64,000 bases of DNA from Polyangiales bacterium. Lineage in GTDB: Bacteria > Myxococcota_A > Polyangia > Polyangiales > Ga0077539. The position numbers and the translations under genes were made by a program. Shown here in pieces: positions 52,425 to 63,748 of the stretch. Where the stretch lies: NCBI GenBank assembly GCA_044229975.1, contig JBGARZ010000015.1, positions 32,001-96,000 on the forward strand, written 5' to 3'. A model generated the notes under the pieces. That model was not told where the DNA came from and did no database searches. It was given only the letters and a program-made list of their open reading frames with translations. How positions within the stretch are numbered: position 1 is the stretch's first letter; every line of letters starts with the position of its first letter.

Positions 52425-53972
52425 ATGGCGCGCTACCGGTTGATGCTTCTGGAGGGGGTCGCCGCGGATCATCGCGGGGCGGCGGACGTGATCGCGTTGC
52501 CGCCCGAGGGAGTGGACGCGCAGGCGTTGCGCCGCGCCCTGAGCGGGCCCATCGCGCAACCCGTGATGCTCGCCGCCAGCGACGACGCCGAGGCGCTGCA
52601 ACGGGTCCACGCGCGCCTCCAGGGAGCGGGCCTGGAGGTGTGCATCTTCGACGACAGCACGGCGCTGATCCGGCTCGCCGAGACCGTGCGCACGGCGCTG
52701 GGCTTCACCCGGGTGAAGGCGGTGGGCGCTCCCATGGAGGGCGCGGTTCCGCCGCGTCTCACGGGACCGACGACGCCCGAGCAGGGCCCCGCGCTCATCG
52801 ACCCGAATGATGGTCGCTGGCGTCGCATGGCGCTGCTCGCGGCGGGCCTCGCGTTGCCGATGATCGTGACGCTCTTCCTCTCCGGGGCCTTCGACGGAGC
52901 GCTGAGCGACGAGCCGCCCACCGCCGCACCGTCGGGTGCGGAGGCGTCGGGCGGAGAGCGTTCGCGACGGCTGTCGGCGCGGGCGGGCGCGGGGCAGGGC
53001 GACGCACCCGGTCCCGGTGAAGCGGGCGCGCGCAACGGCAGTGGCGGAGCAGCGTCGAGCGCGGCGGGTGGCGGCGGCGGTGACTCCGTCGAGCTCACGC
53101 AGGAGGGCGCCGACCCGACGTCGACGCCGGCGGCGACCGCGCCCCCGAAGCGAACGGCGCGCAAGGCCATCGCGGCCGTGCTGGCGTTGCTGCTGGGTCT
53201 CGCCTCCGCAGCGGTGTTGGGCGAGGCGGTGGAGCGCTCGACGCGCACCCGCAGCGCGGCGACCCGTCGTCGCATCCGGCGCGGCGTGGCGCTGGCGGCG
53301 GGCCTCGGGCTCGCGGTCGCGCCCGTGGTGGTGTGGCAGGCGTGGGCGGCGTCGCAGGTGCCGGTCGCGCTGGCGCCGGTGCGTTTGCCGCCGACGCACC
53401 GCCCGACGCCTCGCCCCGCGGAGGACGCCCGCTGTCCGGGCGGACCGTTTTCGCGCTTCGTCTGTCGCTCCGGTCGCGGCGCACGCCGGTCGGAGGCGCG
53501 GCCCTTCGCGTCGCTGCTCACCCGCTTCCGACGACAGTCGCAGCACCCCGCCGACGCCGGAACCGTCGCCGCCCTCGACGCCGCCGTCGCACCGCGCGAG
53601 CGCCACGCCTCGCGTCATCACCACCACCGGCGCCACCACGAGCCCGCACCGACCGTCGCCACGTCGGATGCGTCCGTGAGCGACGCCGTCGTCGAGCAGA
53701 CCGCACCCGTCGCACCCGTCGCACCTGTCGCGCCCGTCGATGCGTCGGTGCCGACGACGACCGAGACACCGCCCGAGGCGATGGTGGTCGCTGCGCCGCC
53801 GACGACCGAGGCCGTCGAACCCACCGTGACCGAAGCGCCCGAAGCGCCGCCTCCGCCCGCACCTCCGAGGCCGAGGAGCTTGCCGCGAGGGTGGTTCGCC
53901 GGGTGGTTTCTCGCGGGGCTGGTGGTGGGGCTGTGGGCGATGCCGGGATGGCGTCGGCTGGGGAGGTCGTGA
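52425..53972 (+). CDS. Hypothetical membrane protein
   Basis: Long ORF with several hydrophobic segments and Pro/Ala linkers. Confidence 0.55.
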   Translation: MARYRLMLLEGVAADHRGAADVIALPPEGVDAQALRRALSGPIAQPVMLAASDDAEALQRVHARLQGAGLEVCIFDDSTALIRLAETVRTALGFTRVKAVGAPMEGAVPPRLTGPTTPEQGPALIDPNDGRWRRMALLAAGLALPMIVTLFLSGAFDGALSDEPPTAAPSGAEASGGERSRRLSARAGAGQGDAPGPGEAGARNGSGGAASSAAGGGGGDSVELTQEGADPTSTPAATAPPKRTARKAIAAVLALLLGLASAAVLGEAVERSTRTRSAATRRRIRRGVALAAGLGLAVAPVVVWQAWAASQVPVALAPVRLPPTHRPTPRPAEDARCPGGPFSRFVCRSGRGARRSEARPFASLLTRFRRQSQHPADAGTVAALDAAVAPRERHASRHHHHRRHHEPAPTVATSDASVSDAVVEQTAPVAPVAPVAPVDASVPTTTETPPEAMVVAAPPTTEAVEPTVTEAPEAPPPPAPPRPRSLPRGWFAGWFLAGLVVGLWAMPGWRRLGRS

Positions 53973-54712
53973 TGCGCTGGCGATGGATGATCGCGGTCGT
54001 GGTGCTGACGAGCGTGGCGTCGGGGCAGGAGGTTCCGGACCCGGACGAGGCGTCGGTGGTGGCGCCCGCGGCGAGCGCTGCATTGGGACGGGCCGTGGCC
54101 GATCGCTTCGTCGCATGTGCGGGGGCGGAGGGCGAGGCGCTGACGGAGGCCGATCGGTCGACGGTGGCGGACGGCGTCGCGCCGATGGCATCGGCCGTGG
54201 CGCGCGGTCTCGGCGCGGAGGAGTGCACCACCGACCCGGCGGCCGAGGCGCGCTGCATCGAGCTGGTGCGCGCCGCGGACTGCGACGCGCTCGCGCGCGG
54301 ACTGCAAAGCGCCCCGACGGCGAGGTCGACGGAGCCGACGCCCGCGTGGGCCGACGGTCACGCGCGCACGCTCACCGCGCGGGTGTCGGCCTGCCTCGCG
54401 GCCGAGCACGACGGCGGAACCTCCGATGAAGAGCTCGCCGCCCTCAACGCGCTGCGAAGCTCCCTGGGCGCGACGCTCGGATTGCTGGTCGCGACGGGTC
54501 GCTGCCGCGTCGACGAAAACGCCCTGCCGACGTGTGCACTGAGCGTCGGGTCGCTGTCGTGCGAGGCGCTCTCCCACCACCTGGAGGAAGACCCCGGCCG
54601 ACTCGCGAGCGGGGTGACGCCGGAGTGCGCGCGCTTCCTCCAATGCGGCGACGGCGACGCGGGCGCCGACGAGGCCGACGCGAGTCTGGAAGAGCCAATC
54701 GAGAACCGTTGA
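53972..54712 (+). CDS. Hypothetical secreted Cys-containing two-repeat protein
   Basis: Signal peptide; duplicated C..C..C pattern. Confidence 0.55.
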   Translation: MRWRWMIAVVVLTSVASGQEVPDPDEASVVAPAASAALGRAVADRFVACAGAEGEALTEADRSTVADGVAPMASAVARGLGAEECTTDPAAEARCIELVRAADCDALARGLQSAPTARSTEPTPAWADGHARTLTARVSACLAAEHDGGTSDEELAALNALRSSLGATLGLLVATGRCRVDENALPTCALSVGSLSCEALSHHLEEDPGRLASGVTPECARFLQCGDGDAGADEADASLEEPIENR

Positions 54713-54851
54713 GGGTGACCTTCTCAAGGTCGTTGCGTCCGGCCGCAGCCGACTTCGAGAGGGATGTCATTGAGCACTCGTGGCTCAGGTTGAGCCAACC
54801 GTTGCTCGATCCGTCACGGTGTCTTGTGACGTCATCGTCGGCGCTTCTGCG

Positions 54852-56350
54852 ATGGCACGCCGCGTGGAAACGCTCGGCTCTCTCGTGAGACACCGCCGCT
54901 TCCTTGGTCCTTCCTTCCTGCTGCATGCGCTGCTCTCTTCGGCGTGCGGCGCCCCTCCGGCCGCCGTCGCCGACCCCGATGGCGGAGCGACCGGCGACGC
55001 ACCCGTCATCGTCGATGTCCCTCCATCCGACGCACCGCCGCCAACGTCGCGCGACCTTCGCTTCCCCGACCGCGCGGTGGTCGCGTGGATGGGCGTGACC
55101 TCCGCTGGTCCCTGGTGGGTCGAGGAGCGCATCGCCCCGCAGCCCATGGTCGTCGGCGACCGCGACCTCGGCCCGCGCTCCGTCGTTCGCGCCGCGCCCC
55201 ATCGTGAGGTCGTCTGGACGCCGCCCGACAGCGACCGCCTCACCAGCGCCGCGTTGCACCCATCGGGCGAGTGGTCGGCCGTCGGCGTCGAGTCCGATGG
55301 GCGCATCTTCCTCGCCCATGGTGACGCCCACGGCCTGCACGACCGCCGCGTGCTCGACGACCCCGCCCTCGCTACTGACAACCGCGCGTGGCTCTCGACG
55401 CCGCGCGATGTCCCGCGCATCAACGCGCTCTCCGAGGCGAGCGTCGCGCTCGTCGCCGACGGCGAAGACGTCGTGGTGTCGCTGATGAGCCAGGACCTCG
55501 CCGTGCTGGTCTACCGCTGGCGTCGCGAGGGCGGAGCCTTCGTCCGCGGTCCGCGCACGGTGGCGAGCCCGGCGACGCCGACGACGCCCTTCCTGCCCAT
55601 CGGTGGCAGCTACGACGACTTCGACGCGGTGGTGTCGCCGTACCTCACGCGTCTCGGCGTCGATCGGCAGGGCCGCGCCTACGTTGCGGTGTTCACCGAC
55701 CGCTCGCGCCTCACGCGCCACAACACCGTCTTCGACACCCGGCTCGAAATCGTTCGCGAGCACCTCGGCCCGCGCGAGAACTCCTCCGATGCGCTCGTGG
55801 TGCGTGTCGACCGCGACGGCACCGTCGGCTTCGCCCGCGTGGTGGGGACGGCCGATGTCGAAGACGAGGTGTCGGCATCGCGGTGGGCGACGAGCGCGTC
55901 GCCGTCCTGGGTCGCAGCCGGCGCGAGCTGGGTCGCGACAACACGGAGATCCACGTGATGGTCTCCGAGCTCGGCCTCGACGGCACTCCGCTCGGAACCA
56001 CCACCTTCGACGCGCGTGACTCCGGCCTCGCGCAGACCGCCGTCTACGTCGGCCCCGACCTCTTCGTCGGCGGAACCGACGCCTGGGTCCAGAACCCTTC
56101 CGGCCGCAGCCTCTTCCAGCCGGGGCACCCGATGCTGCTCCGACTGCGCGGCACGCCCACCCGGCAGGTCGAGCGCCTCGACGCGATGCTCCCCACCACC
56201 GCGGGTCACGCCGAGCTCCGCGCGCTGACCGTGTCGGGCGGCGCCCTCTTCCTCGGCGGCCACGAGCGCGGCCCGCTCACGCACACCGGCGACACCGACC
56301 GCAGCCTCATCCGCTCCGACGCCTGGTGGAACGTCCGCCCGCTTCCCTGA
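54852..56350 (+). pseudogene. Lipoprotein gene with a frameshift near 55870
   Basis: Lipobox SSAC; the coding frame switches after 'DVEDEV' to 'GIAVGDERVAV'. Confidence 0.6.
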
Positions 56351-56373
56351 GCCCGTCGTAGCCTGCGACGCCC

Positions 56374-58071
56374 ATGCGCGCCCGCCTCGTCCTCGTCGCG
56401 TCCCTCCTCGCAGCCTGCGCCGCCCATCACCCGCATCGCGCTCGCTCCCACTCTCCCGCCGCGGGCCGCATCACGCTCTCCCTCGTCGGAACCAGCGATC
56501 TCCACGGCCGCCTCGCGATGCTCCCGTGGCTCGCCGGTCACGTCGCCAACCTGCGCCGCGCGCGTGAGCACGACGGCGCCGTGCTGCTTGCCGACGCGGG
56601 CGACCTCTTCCAGGGAACGCTCGAGTCCAACCTCAACGAGGGCGCCGCGGTGCTGCGCGCCTACAACGCGATGGGCTACGCGGCGGTGGCCGTGGGCAAC
56701 CACGAGTTCGACTACGGCCCCGAAGGCGAGGCCGTCTTCGCCCGCGCCCCGACGGACGACCCGCGCGGCGCGCTCCGGGCGAGGGTGGGCGAGGCGCGCT
56801 TCCCGTGGCTCATGGCCAACATCGTCGACGCCGACACCGGCGCGCTCCCCGCATGGAACAACCTCCATGCCACCGCCCTCGTCGAGGCGGGTGGTGTTCG
56901 GGTCGGCTTCATCGGGGTGAGCACCGAGGCCACTCCCCACACCACGCTCGCGGTGAACTTCCGCGGCCTCGCGATGCGCCCGCTGGCCGAGTCCATCCGC
57001 GCGCGAGCCGCGGCGCTGCGGGCGGAAGGCGCGTCCGTGGTGGTGGTGCTCGCCCACGCCGGCGGCGGCTGCCGTCGCTTCGAGGACCCCGACGACCTGA
57101 GCTCCTGCGACGCCGACGAGGAGATCTTCCAGGTGGCTCGCGCGCTGCCCGAAGGGTCCGTCGACGCCATCGTCGCGGGTCACACCCACCAGGGGGTGGC
57201 GCACGTCGTTCATGGCATCCCGGTGATCGAGTCCTTCGCCAACGGGCGTGCCTTTGGGCGCGTCGACCTCGTCGTCGACCGCGCGTCGCGTCGTGTCGTG
57301 AGCCACACGGTGCACCGTCCGCACGGCGTCTGCGGCAGCCCGCATCGCGCCGACCCCGACCCCGATGCCTGCGCTGCATTGCCCTACGAGGGAGCGCCGG
57401 TGGTCGCCGACGAGGCCGTCGCCGCGGTCATCGCTCCGACACTCGCCGCCGCCCGCACGGTGCGCGAGCGCCCCGTCGGCGTGACCGTCACATCGACCCT
57501 GCGCAACGCATGGAGGGACGAATCGGCGCTCAACAACCTCGTCGCGGACCTCATGCGAGCGACCACGCACGCCGACGTCGCGCTGATGAACGCGGGCGGC
57601 GTTCGCGCCGACCTCGCGGCGGGCGCGCTGGACTACGGTCGGTTGTACGCGGTGCTGCCCTTCGACAACCGGCTGGTGACGGTTCGGGTGCGCGGCGCGG
57701 CGTTGCGGCGGGTGCTCGTCGACAACGCCCGCGGCGACGGCGGAACGCTCGCCGTCTCCGGCATGCGCGTGGTGGCGACCTGCGAGGGGAGCTCGCTGCG
57801 GGCGCAGGTGATGCGCGACGACGGCCGGGCGGTGGGCGACGACGAGGTGCTCACCGTGGCGACCAACGACTACCTGGCGGGCTCGGCGCTGGAGCGGGCG
57901 TTGGAGGAGCCGCTGACGGGCGACGCGATCGTGGCCTCGCCGTTGTTGCGCGACGCGGTGGCCGCGCGATTGGGGGCGATGGGGACGCTGCGGGGGGATG
58001 ACCCGCGGTGGCTCGATCGGCAGCACCCGCGGATGGTGTGGCCAGGCGAGCGGCCGGTGCGGTGCCGGTAG
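56374..58071 (+). CDS. 5'-nucleotidase / bifunctional metallophosphatase lipoprotein
   Basis: SDLHG, DAGD, GNHEFDYG, AGHTH, NAGGVR, LPFDN. Confidence 0.93.
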   Translation: MRARLVLVASLLAACAAHHPHRARSHSPAAGRITLSLVGTSDLHGRLAMLPWLAGHVANLRRAREHDGAVLLADAGDLFQGTLESNLNEGAAVLRAYNAMGYAAVAVGNHEFDYGPEGEAVFARAPTDDPRGALRARVGEARFPWLMANIVDADTGALPAWNNLHATALVEAGGVRVGFIGVSTEATPHTTLAVNFRGLAMRPLAESIRARAAALRAEGASVVVVLAHAGGGCRRFEDPDDLSSCDADEEIFQVARALPEGSVDAIVAGHTHQGVAHVVHGIPVIESFANGRAFGRVDLVVDRASRRVVSHTVHRPHGVCGSPHRADPDPDACAALPYEGAPVVADEAVAAVIAPTLAAARTVRERPVGVTVTSTLRNAWRDESALNNLVADLMRATTHADVALMNAGGVRADLAAGALDYGRLYAVLPFDNRLVTVRVRGAALRRVLVDNARGDGGTLAVSGMRVVATCEGSSLRAQVMRDDGRAVGDDEVLTVATNDYLAGSALERALEEPLTGDAIVASPLLRDAVAARLGAMGTLRGDDPRWLDRQHPRMVWPGERPVRCR

Positions 58072-58130
58072 CGCCGCCGTAGTCTCCGCTTCCCGCGCGG
58101 TATGCCCGTGGCGTAGCGTCGAGGGAAGGC

Positions 58131-61100
58131 ATGTCGACGTCGAACCCGCAGCGCCTGGGTCGGTACATCGTCACGCGGCGGCTCGGGGTGGGCGGCATGG
58201 CGGAGGTCTTCCTCGCCCGCTCGCGCGGCGCGGAGGGCGTCGACAAGTCCCTCGTCGTCAAGCGCATCCTCCCCGACTACGCGGAGAACCCGCACTTCCG
58301 CACGATGTTCGTCGACGAGGCCCGCGTCGCGCTGCGCCTCAACCACCCCAACCTCGTGCAGGTGTACGGCTTCGAGTCCGACGGGCCGACGCTGCTCCTC
58401 ATCATGGAGCACGTCGACGGCCCCGACCTCGGGCTGCTCCTCGCCACCGCCCACCGCGCCGGAGAGCGCGTCCCCTACGCCGTCGCCGCCCATGTCCTGC
58501 GCGAGCTCGCCCGCGCCCTGCACTACGCCCACGAGCGCCTCGACGACCAGGGCCGACCCCTCGACATCGTCCACCGCGACGTCTCGCCCGCCAACGTCCT
58601 GCTCTCCTACGAAGGCGCCGTGAAGCTCGGCGACTTCGGCATCGCCCACGCCCGCTCGGCGTCGTTCCTGGAGACCGGGCTCGTGCAGGGCAAGTACGGC
58701 TACATGGCGCCCGAGCAGGCCCGCGGCGAGACCGTCGATCGCCGCGCCGACGTCTTCGCCCTCGGCGTCGTGCTCCTCGAAATGCTCATCGGGCGCCCGT
58801 GGTTCGCGGACGTTCCCGACGCGCAGACGCTGCTCGCGCAGGTGCGAGAGGGCGTGCTCCCCGACGTCGATCTGCTGGTGCCCGATGCCCCGGAGGCGCT
58901 GCGGTCGGTCGTCCGTCGCGCCATGCGCCCCGATCGCGAGGAGCGCTTCGCCACCGCCCGCGAGGTGTCCCTCGCCCTCAACCCCTTCCTCAACGCCGTC
59001 GAGCAGCAGGCCGAGGCCGTCGCGCTCGAACCCTTCCTCGAACGCGTCATGCCCCGGCGCCGCACGTCGCAGACGCTGCCCGCCCTCTCTTCGTCGCCGC
59101 CGCCGCCCATGGAGTCCATCCCCACGGTGGGCCCCGGCTCGCTTAGCCCGTCGGGCGGCGTCGGCCGCACCATGTCGGCGCTCGACCCCTACGCCAGCGT
59201 CACGCTCCCCGAGCTCATGCTCATGTCCGACGCGAGCGCCCCGGTGCGCCCGCGCGGCGATGCCGTCGCCGCCGTCCGCGAGCGCGTCAACGTCGCCGTC
59301 ATCGTCGGCAAGCTCTCCCGACCCGCGCAGTCCCCCGAGACCCGCGCCCTCGTCTCCCTCGTCGACGCCCTCGCCTTCAAGGCCGCCGCCACCCTCGAAT
59401 GGACCGGCGACGACCGCTTCACCCTCCTCGTCGGTGTTCTTCGCCCGCAGGTCGACGACCCGCTGCGCGCGGCCCGCCTCGCGCTCGACCTCCTCGACGC
59501 CGCCCGCACCCTCGCGGCCGACCTCGAGAGCGTCGACGAAGCCCTCGTCGAGCTCGCCCCCACCCTCGGCCTCGGCCTCGCGCGTGGGCTCGTGGCGTGT
59601 GCGTTCGATCCCGATGGGGTTCCGCTGCGCTTCGAGCCGGTCGACGACACCCTGCCCATCGCCAACGGGCTCGCCTCCGCGGCCCGACCCGGCGAGGCCC
59701 TCCTCGGCGCCGCCCTCGCGCGCTTCGTGCGTCGCGCCTTCGTGCTGCGCGAGGCCACCGCGCGCTCCACCACCGGCGGTCGGGTGTGGGCCCTCGAACG
59801 CCTCCGCGGCCGCTCCGAACGCGACGCGTCGGCGGAGGTCCAGGGCTACGCGCTGCTCGGCCGCGAGGGTCCCATCGGGGCGCTGCGCGACGCGTACGCC
59901 GCCGTGATCTTCACCGAGGCGGGAGCAGCGCGCCGGGTCGTCGGCGAGCTCGGCATCGGGAAGTCCACCGTGCTCGGCGCCTTCGCGGAGGGCCTCCTCG
60001 GCGGCGACACGGCCACGCGAGTACTGCGGGTAGAAGCCTCGCTCGGAACGAGCCGCGTGCCCTTCGCGCTCATCGCCCAGCTCCTCCAGCAGGTGCTCGT
60101 GCTCCAGCGCGACGGCAACCCCCTGCTGCCGTCCGACCTCGCCGACCGCGCCGTGCTCGGTCGCTCGCTCGACCGCGCCGTCGACCGCTGGGGCGCCGGA
60201 ACACTCGGCCGTCGCGCCGCGGTGCGCGCCCTCCGCGCTGCGCTGGGCCTCGACATCCACGACGAGTCGATGGAGTCGTCCATCACCCGCGAGCTGGCGC
60301 TGGTGCTGCGCCCGATGCTCTCCGAGACCGCCAAGGACGGCCCGCTGGTGCTGCTCCTCGATGGCCTGGAGCTCGCCGACGCACCGAGCCGCGCGCTCGC
60401 CGCCGACCTCGCGCGACGCCCGCCGGGGTCGCCCGTGCTCGTGGTGCTCGCGCTGCGCGACGACGACGCGTTGCAGGCCGAGCTCGGGGGCGTTCCGGAG
60501 ATCGACGTGGGGCCGCTGGACGTCGAGGCGCGGCGGCGGCTCATCGCGCACTCGCTGGGCGCCGACCACGCGAGCGACGCGCTGGTGCAGGAGGTGAGCG
60601 CCGTGGTGGGCGGCAACCCCCTGGCGATGCTGGAGGTGGTCGAGGCCCTGAGCGAGCGCGACCGGGTGCGCGCGCGGGCGCAGCTCGATGGCACCGGTGA
60701 GGTCATCGCCGACCTCGTGACCGACGAGCGCGGCGAGGCGCTCCTCCCTGGAACGCTCGATGAAGTGCTCGCCGCCCGCATCGACGCGCTGCCGCCGCCG
60801 AGCCGCTTGCTCCTGCGATGGTGCGCGCTCTGCGAGGCCGAGCTGCACCGCCCGCTGGTGGACGCCCTCGGCGGCGCCGACGGGGCGCGGGTGCGCGCGC
60901 GATTGGTCAACGACGGCATCCTGGTGGAGTCACCGGGGATCGCGGGAGAGCCGGTGCTGACCTTCGCGCACGCGGCGCTGCGGCGGCTCTTGCGGGCGGC
61001 GGTCGATCCGACGGCGCTGCCGGCGATGCACGCGCGGCTGGCCGAGGTGCTGGAGCGGCAGGAGGTGGCGACGGCGGCGACGGCGCGTCACCGCACGGCG

Positions 61101-62537
61101 CTCGCGGTGCATCGCGAGGCGGCGGGCGCGACCCGTCCGGCGGCGCGCGCGTGGACCGAGGTGGCGCTCGCGGTGGCGGGCACCGGGGCGCGGGGCCAGC
61201 GCGACGCGGCGGTGGCCTTTCGCCGGGCGCTGACGCTGAGCGCGGGGGCGCGCGACGCCGAGGGGCTGCGGTTGCAGGCGACGGCGCACGAGGGCCTGGA
61301 AGAAGCCGCGCGCGGCGGCGGGCAGAACCGCGAGCGACGCCGCGAGCTTCTGGCGCTGCGGGAGGTCGCGGTGGCCTCGCAGGACGTCGGGGTGATCGCG
61401 CGGGCGCTGACGCGGCAGGCGCGCTTCAAGATCGAGGTGACGCCGGGCCTCGACACGGCGCGCGACGTGGTGGCGGCGGTGAAGGCGGCGCGGCGGGCGG
61501 GCGACGCGCGCACCGAGGCCGAGGCGCGCTGGGCGTGGGCGGTGCACCTCGCGCATCGCGGCGAGCTGGGGTCGGCCATCGAGCAGGCCGACGCGTCACT
61601 CGTCGCGCTGCGGCGCGAGGCGGAGGTTCCGCGCGCGCTGGAGGTGGAGGTGCTGGTGACGCGCTCCAACATGCGGCGCTGGGTGGGCGAGCACGGCGCG
61701 GCGTTGGAGGTGGGGGCCGAGGCGCTGGCGACGGCGACGCGCTACGGGCCGCGGTGGATGCTGGGCGTGGCCTACGACGCGGTGGGCATGGCGTGCATGG
61801 CGTCGGGGTCGCCCGCGGAGGCGATGCGGTTCTTCCGCGCGGGCATCGCGCTGGAGCGGGAGGCCGGGGCGCGCGATCGGCTGGCGCGCACGGTGCTGCA
61901 CGCGGGCAAGGCGTGGGGCGCGCTGGGGCGTTCGGCGAAGGCGTTGCAGTTCATCCAGCGGGCGGTGTCGCTCTCGGCGGCCGTGCGCCACGGCTTCGGC
62001 GGAACGCTCGCCGAATCCCTGGTGACCCTGGCCGAGCAGCTCGTGGAGCGTGGTGATGTGGACGACGCGGCGGCGGCCATCGAGCGGGCGCGCGCGGTGC
62101 TCGGGACGACGGGCGGGCGCTACGCGTACGTGCGGCTGTGTCTGGGCGATGGTCGCGTGCTGATGGCGCGTCGGCAGTACCGGATGGCGCGCGTGGCGAC
62201 GGAGAGCGCGGAGTCGGCGGCGCTGGAGGCGGGCATCCCGATGGAGGTGCTCCGCGCGCGGGCCGACATCGCGCTGGCGGCGGCGTACATGGGCGATCGT
62301 TCGGCGGCGCTCGCGTGGATCGACAAGGTCTTCGACGACCCGCGCATGGCGCGCCCCGGGGAGATGCACCGCGGGTCGCGCGTGCTGCGGGCGTGCGCCG
62401 AGGCGCTGCGGGTGCTGGGCGACGGGCGGGTGGGTGACCTGCGGAGCGCGGAGGCGCTAGCGACGCAGGCGGGGGCGTTGGAGCGGGCGGTGATGGCGAC
62501 GTGGCGCGTGACGCCGCGGGAGGGCGCGAAGACGTGA
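58131..62537 (+). CDS. Ser/Thr kinase fused to a cyclase-like region, AAA/STAND ATPase and TPR repeats
   Basis: HRDVSPAN, DFG, YMAPEQ; Walker A GELGIGKST; LLLDG; GGNPL; helical repeats. Confidence 0.9.
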   Translation: MSTSNPQRLGRYIVTRRLGVGGMAEVFLARSRGAEGVDKSLVVKRILPDYAENPHFRTMFVDEARVALRLNHPNLVQVYGFESDGPTLLLIMEHVDGPDLGLLLATAHRAGERVPYAVAAHVLRELARALHYAHERLDDQGRPLDIVHRDVSPANVLLSYEGAVKLGDFGIAHARSASFLETGLVQGKYGYMAPEQARGETVDRRADVFALGVVLLEMLIGRPWFADVPDAQTLLAQVREGVLPDVDLLVPDAPEALRSVVRRAMRPDREERFATAREVSLALNPFLNAVEQQAEAVALEPFLERVMPRRRTSQTLPALSSSPPPPMESIPTVGPGSLSPSGGVGRTMSALDPYASVTLPELMLMSDASAPVRPRGDAVAAVRERVNVAVIVGKLSRPAQSPETRALVSLVDALAFKAAATLEWTGDDRFTLLVGVLRPQVDDPLRAARLALDLLDAARTLAADLESVDEALVELAPTLGLGLARGLVACAFDPDGVPLRFEPVDDTLPIANGLASAARPGEALLGAALARFVRRAFVLREATARSTTGGRVWALERLRGRSERDASAEVQGYALLGREGPIGALRDAYAAVIFTEAGAARRVVGELGIGKSTVLGAFAEGLLGGDTATRVLRVEASLGTSRVPFALIAQLLQQVLVLQRDGNPLLPSDLADRAVLGRSLDRAVDRWGAGTLGRRAAVRALRAALGLDIHDESMESSITRELALVLRPMLSETAKDGPLVLLLDGLELADAPSRALAADLARRPPGSPVLVVLALRDDDALQAELGGVPEIDVGPLDVEARRRLIAHSLGADHASDALVQEVSAVVGGNPLAMLEVVEALSERDRVRARAQLDGTGEVIADLVTDERGEALLPGTLDEVLAARIDALPPPSRLLLRWCALCEAELHRPLVDALGGADGARVRARLVNDGILVESPGIAGEPVLTFAHAALRRLLRAAVDPTALPAMHARLAEVLERQEVATAATARHRTALAVHREAAGATRPAARAWTEVALAVAGTGARGQRDAAVAFRRALTLSAGARDAEGLRLQATAHEGLEEAARGGGQNRERRRELLALREVAVASQDVGVIARALTRQARFKIEVTPGLDTARDVVAAVKAARRAGDARTEAEARWAWAVHLAHRGELGSAIEQADASLVALRREAEVPRALEVEVLVTRSNMRRWVGEHGAALEVGAEALATATRYGPRWMLGVAYDAVGMACMASGSPAEAMRFFRAGIALEREAGARDRLARTVLHAGKAWGALGRSAKALQFIQRAVSLSAAVRHGFGGTLAESLVTLAEQLVERGDVDDAAAAIERARAVLGTTGGRYAYVRLCLGDGRVLMARRQYRMARVATESAESAALEAGIPMEVLRARADIALAAAYMGDRSAALAWIDKVFDDPRMARPGEMHRGSRVLRACAEALRVLGDGRVGDLRSAEALATQAGALERAVMATWRVTPREGAKT

Positions 62538-63745
62538 TGAGCGATCGACTGAGCAAGCCGGTGATCCCGCGGTCGGTGGCGCTGGTGCTCTCCGGGGGCG
62601 GGGCGCGCGGGGCCTACGAGGTGGGGGTGCTCTCGTACCTCTACGGCGAGCTGACGCGGCTGCGCGGGGGCGTGGTTCCGCGGGTCAACGTGATCTGCGG
62701 GACGAGCGTGGGGGCCATCAACGGGTGCTACCTCGCGGCGCACATGGCCGACCCGGTGGCGGGCATGAAGCGCCTCGTCGACCTGTGGACGTCCATCGCC
62801 TTCGAGCAGGTGCTGCGCTTCGACCTGAAGCAACTGGTGCGGCTGCCGCGGGTGCTGAGCGGCGGGAGCGAGGCCACCGGGCTCTTCGACGTGCAGCCGA
62901 TGATCGACCTCGTGACGCGCGAGATCTCCTGGAAGATGGTGGCGCGCTCGCTGAAGAAGGGTCTCTTGCGCGGGCTCTCGGTGAGCGCGACGGAGATCGC
63001 GACGGGGCGCACGACGCTGTTCATGGACACGGCGCCGGATGTTCCGTTGCCGGTGGGCCTCGGGGCGCGGGTGGTGGTGCAGCGCGAGACCGTCGGGCCG
63101 CAGCACGCGCTGGCGAGCGCGGCGATTCCGTTGGTGTTCCCGCCGGTGCGCATCGGGTCGACGCTCTACTGCGACGGTGGACTGCGACAGAACACCCCCA
63201 TCGCGCCCGCGATTCGTCTGGGGGCCGAGCGCATCCTGGTGATCGGGTTGTCGCGCGAGGTTCGCGGGGCGGTGGTCAACGAGTCGCCGACGGGTCGCAA
63301 CGACCACGCGCCGGGGGCGTTGTTCTTGTTGGGCAAGGTGCTCAACGCCTTCCTGCTCGACCACGTGCAGGCCGACGTCGAGCTGCTGGGGCGCATCAAC
63401 CAGATCCTCGATGACGGCGAGAGGGTGGCGGGGCCGGACTTCGCGGGGAAGCTCAGCGCGCAGGCGATGGCGCGCGGCGGAGAGCCGTACCGCAAGGTGG
63501 AGACGATGCTGGTGCGGCCGAGCCAGGACATCGGGCGGCTCGCGGCGCAGCACGTGCGGAAGGGCAAGCTGTCGGGGTCGATCGTGGCGCGGCAGCTCCT
63601 CACGCTGCTCGACAACGGGATGAACGACGAGAGCGACCTGGCGAGCTACCTGCTCTTCGATGGGGCCTTCGCGCGCAAGCTCATCGACCTCGGTCGGGCC
63701 GACGCCGAGGCGCAGCGCGACCGGCTGATGGCGTTTCTGGAGTAG
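62537..63745 (+). CDS. Patatin-like phospholipase
   Basis: SGGGARG, GTSVG, DGG; start overlaps the kinase stop (TGATG). Confidence 0.92.
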   Translation: MSDRLSKPVIPRSVALVLSGGGARGAYEVGVLSYLYGELTRLRGGVVPRVNVICGTSVGAINGCYLAAHMADPVAGMKRLVDLWTSIAFEQVLRFDLKQLVRLPRVLSGGSEATGLFDVQPMIDLVTREISWKMVARSLKKGLLRGLSVSATEIATGRTTLFMDTAPDVPLPVGLGARVVVQRETVGPQHALASAAIPLVFPPVRIGSTLYCDGGLRQNTPIAPAIRLGAERILVIGLSREVRGAVVNESPTGRNDHAPGALFLLGKVLNAFLLDHVQADVELLGRINQILDDGERVAGPDFAGKLSAQAMARGGEPYRKVETMLVRPSQDIGRLAAQHVRKGKLSGSIVARQLLTLLDNGMNDESDLASYLLFDGAFARKLIDLGRADAEAQRDRLMAFLE

Positions 63746-63748
63746 CGC

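Noticed and set aside
55860..55880. Programmed frameshift in the lipoprotein gene
   Set aside because: No slippery motif; a single-base loss by mutation or sequencing error is simpler.
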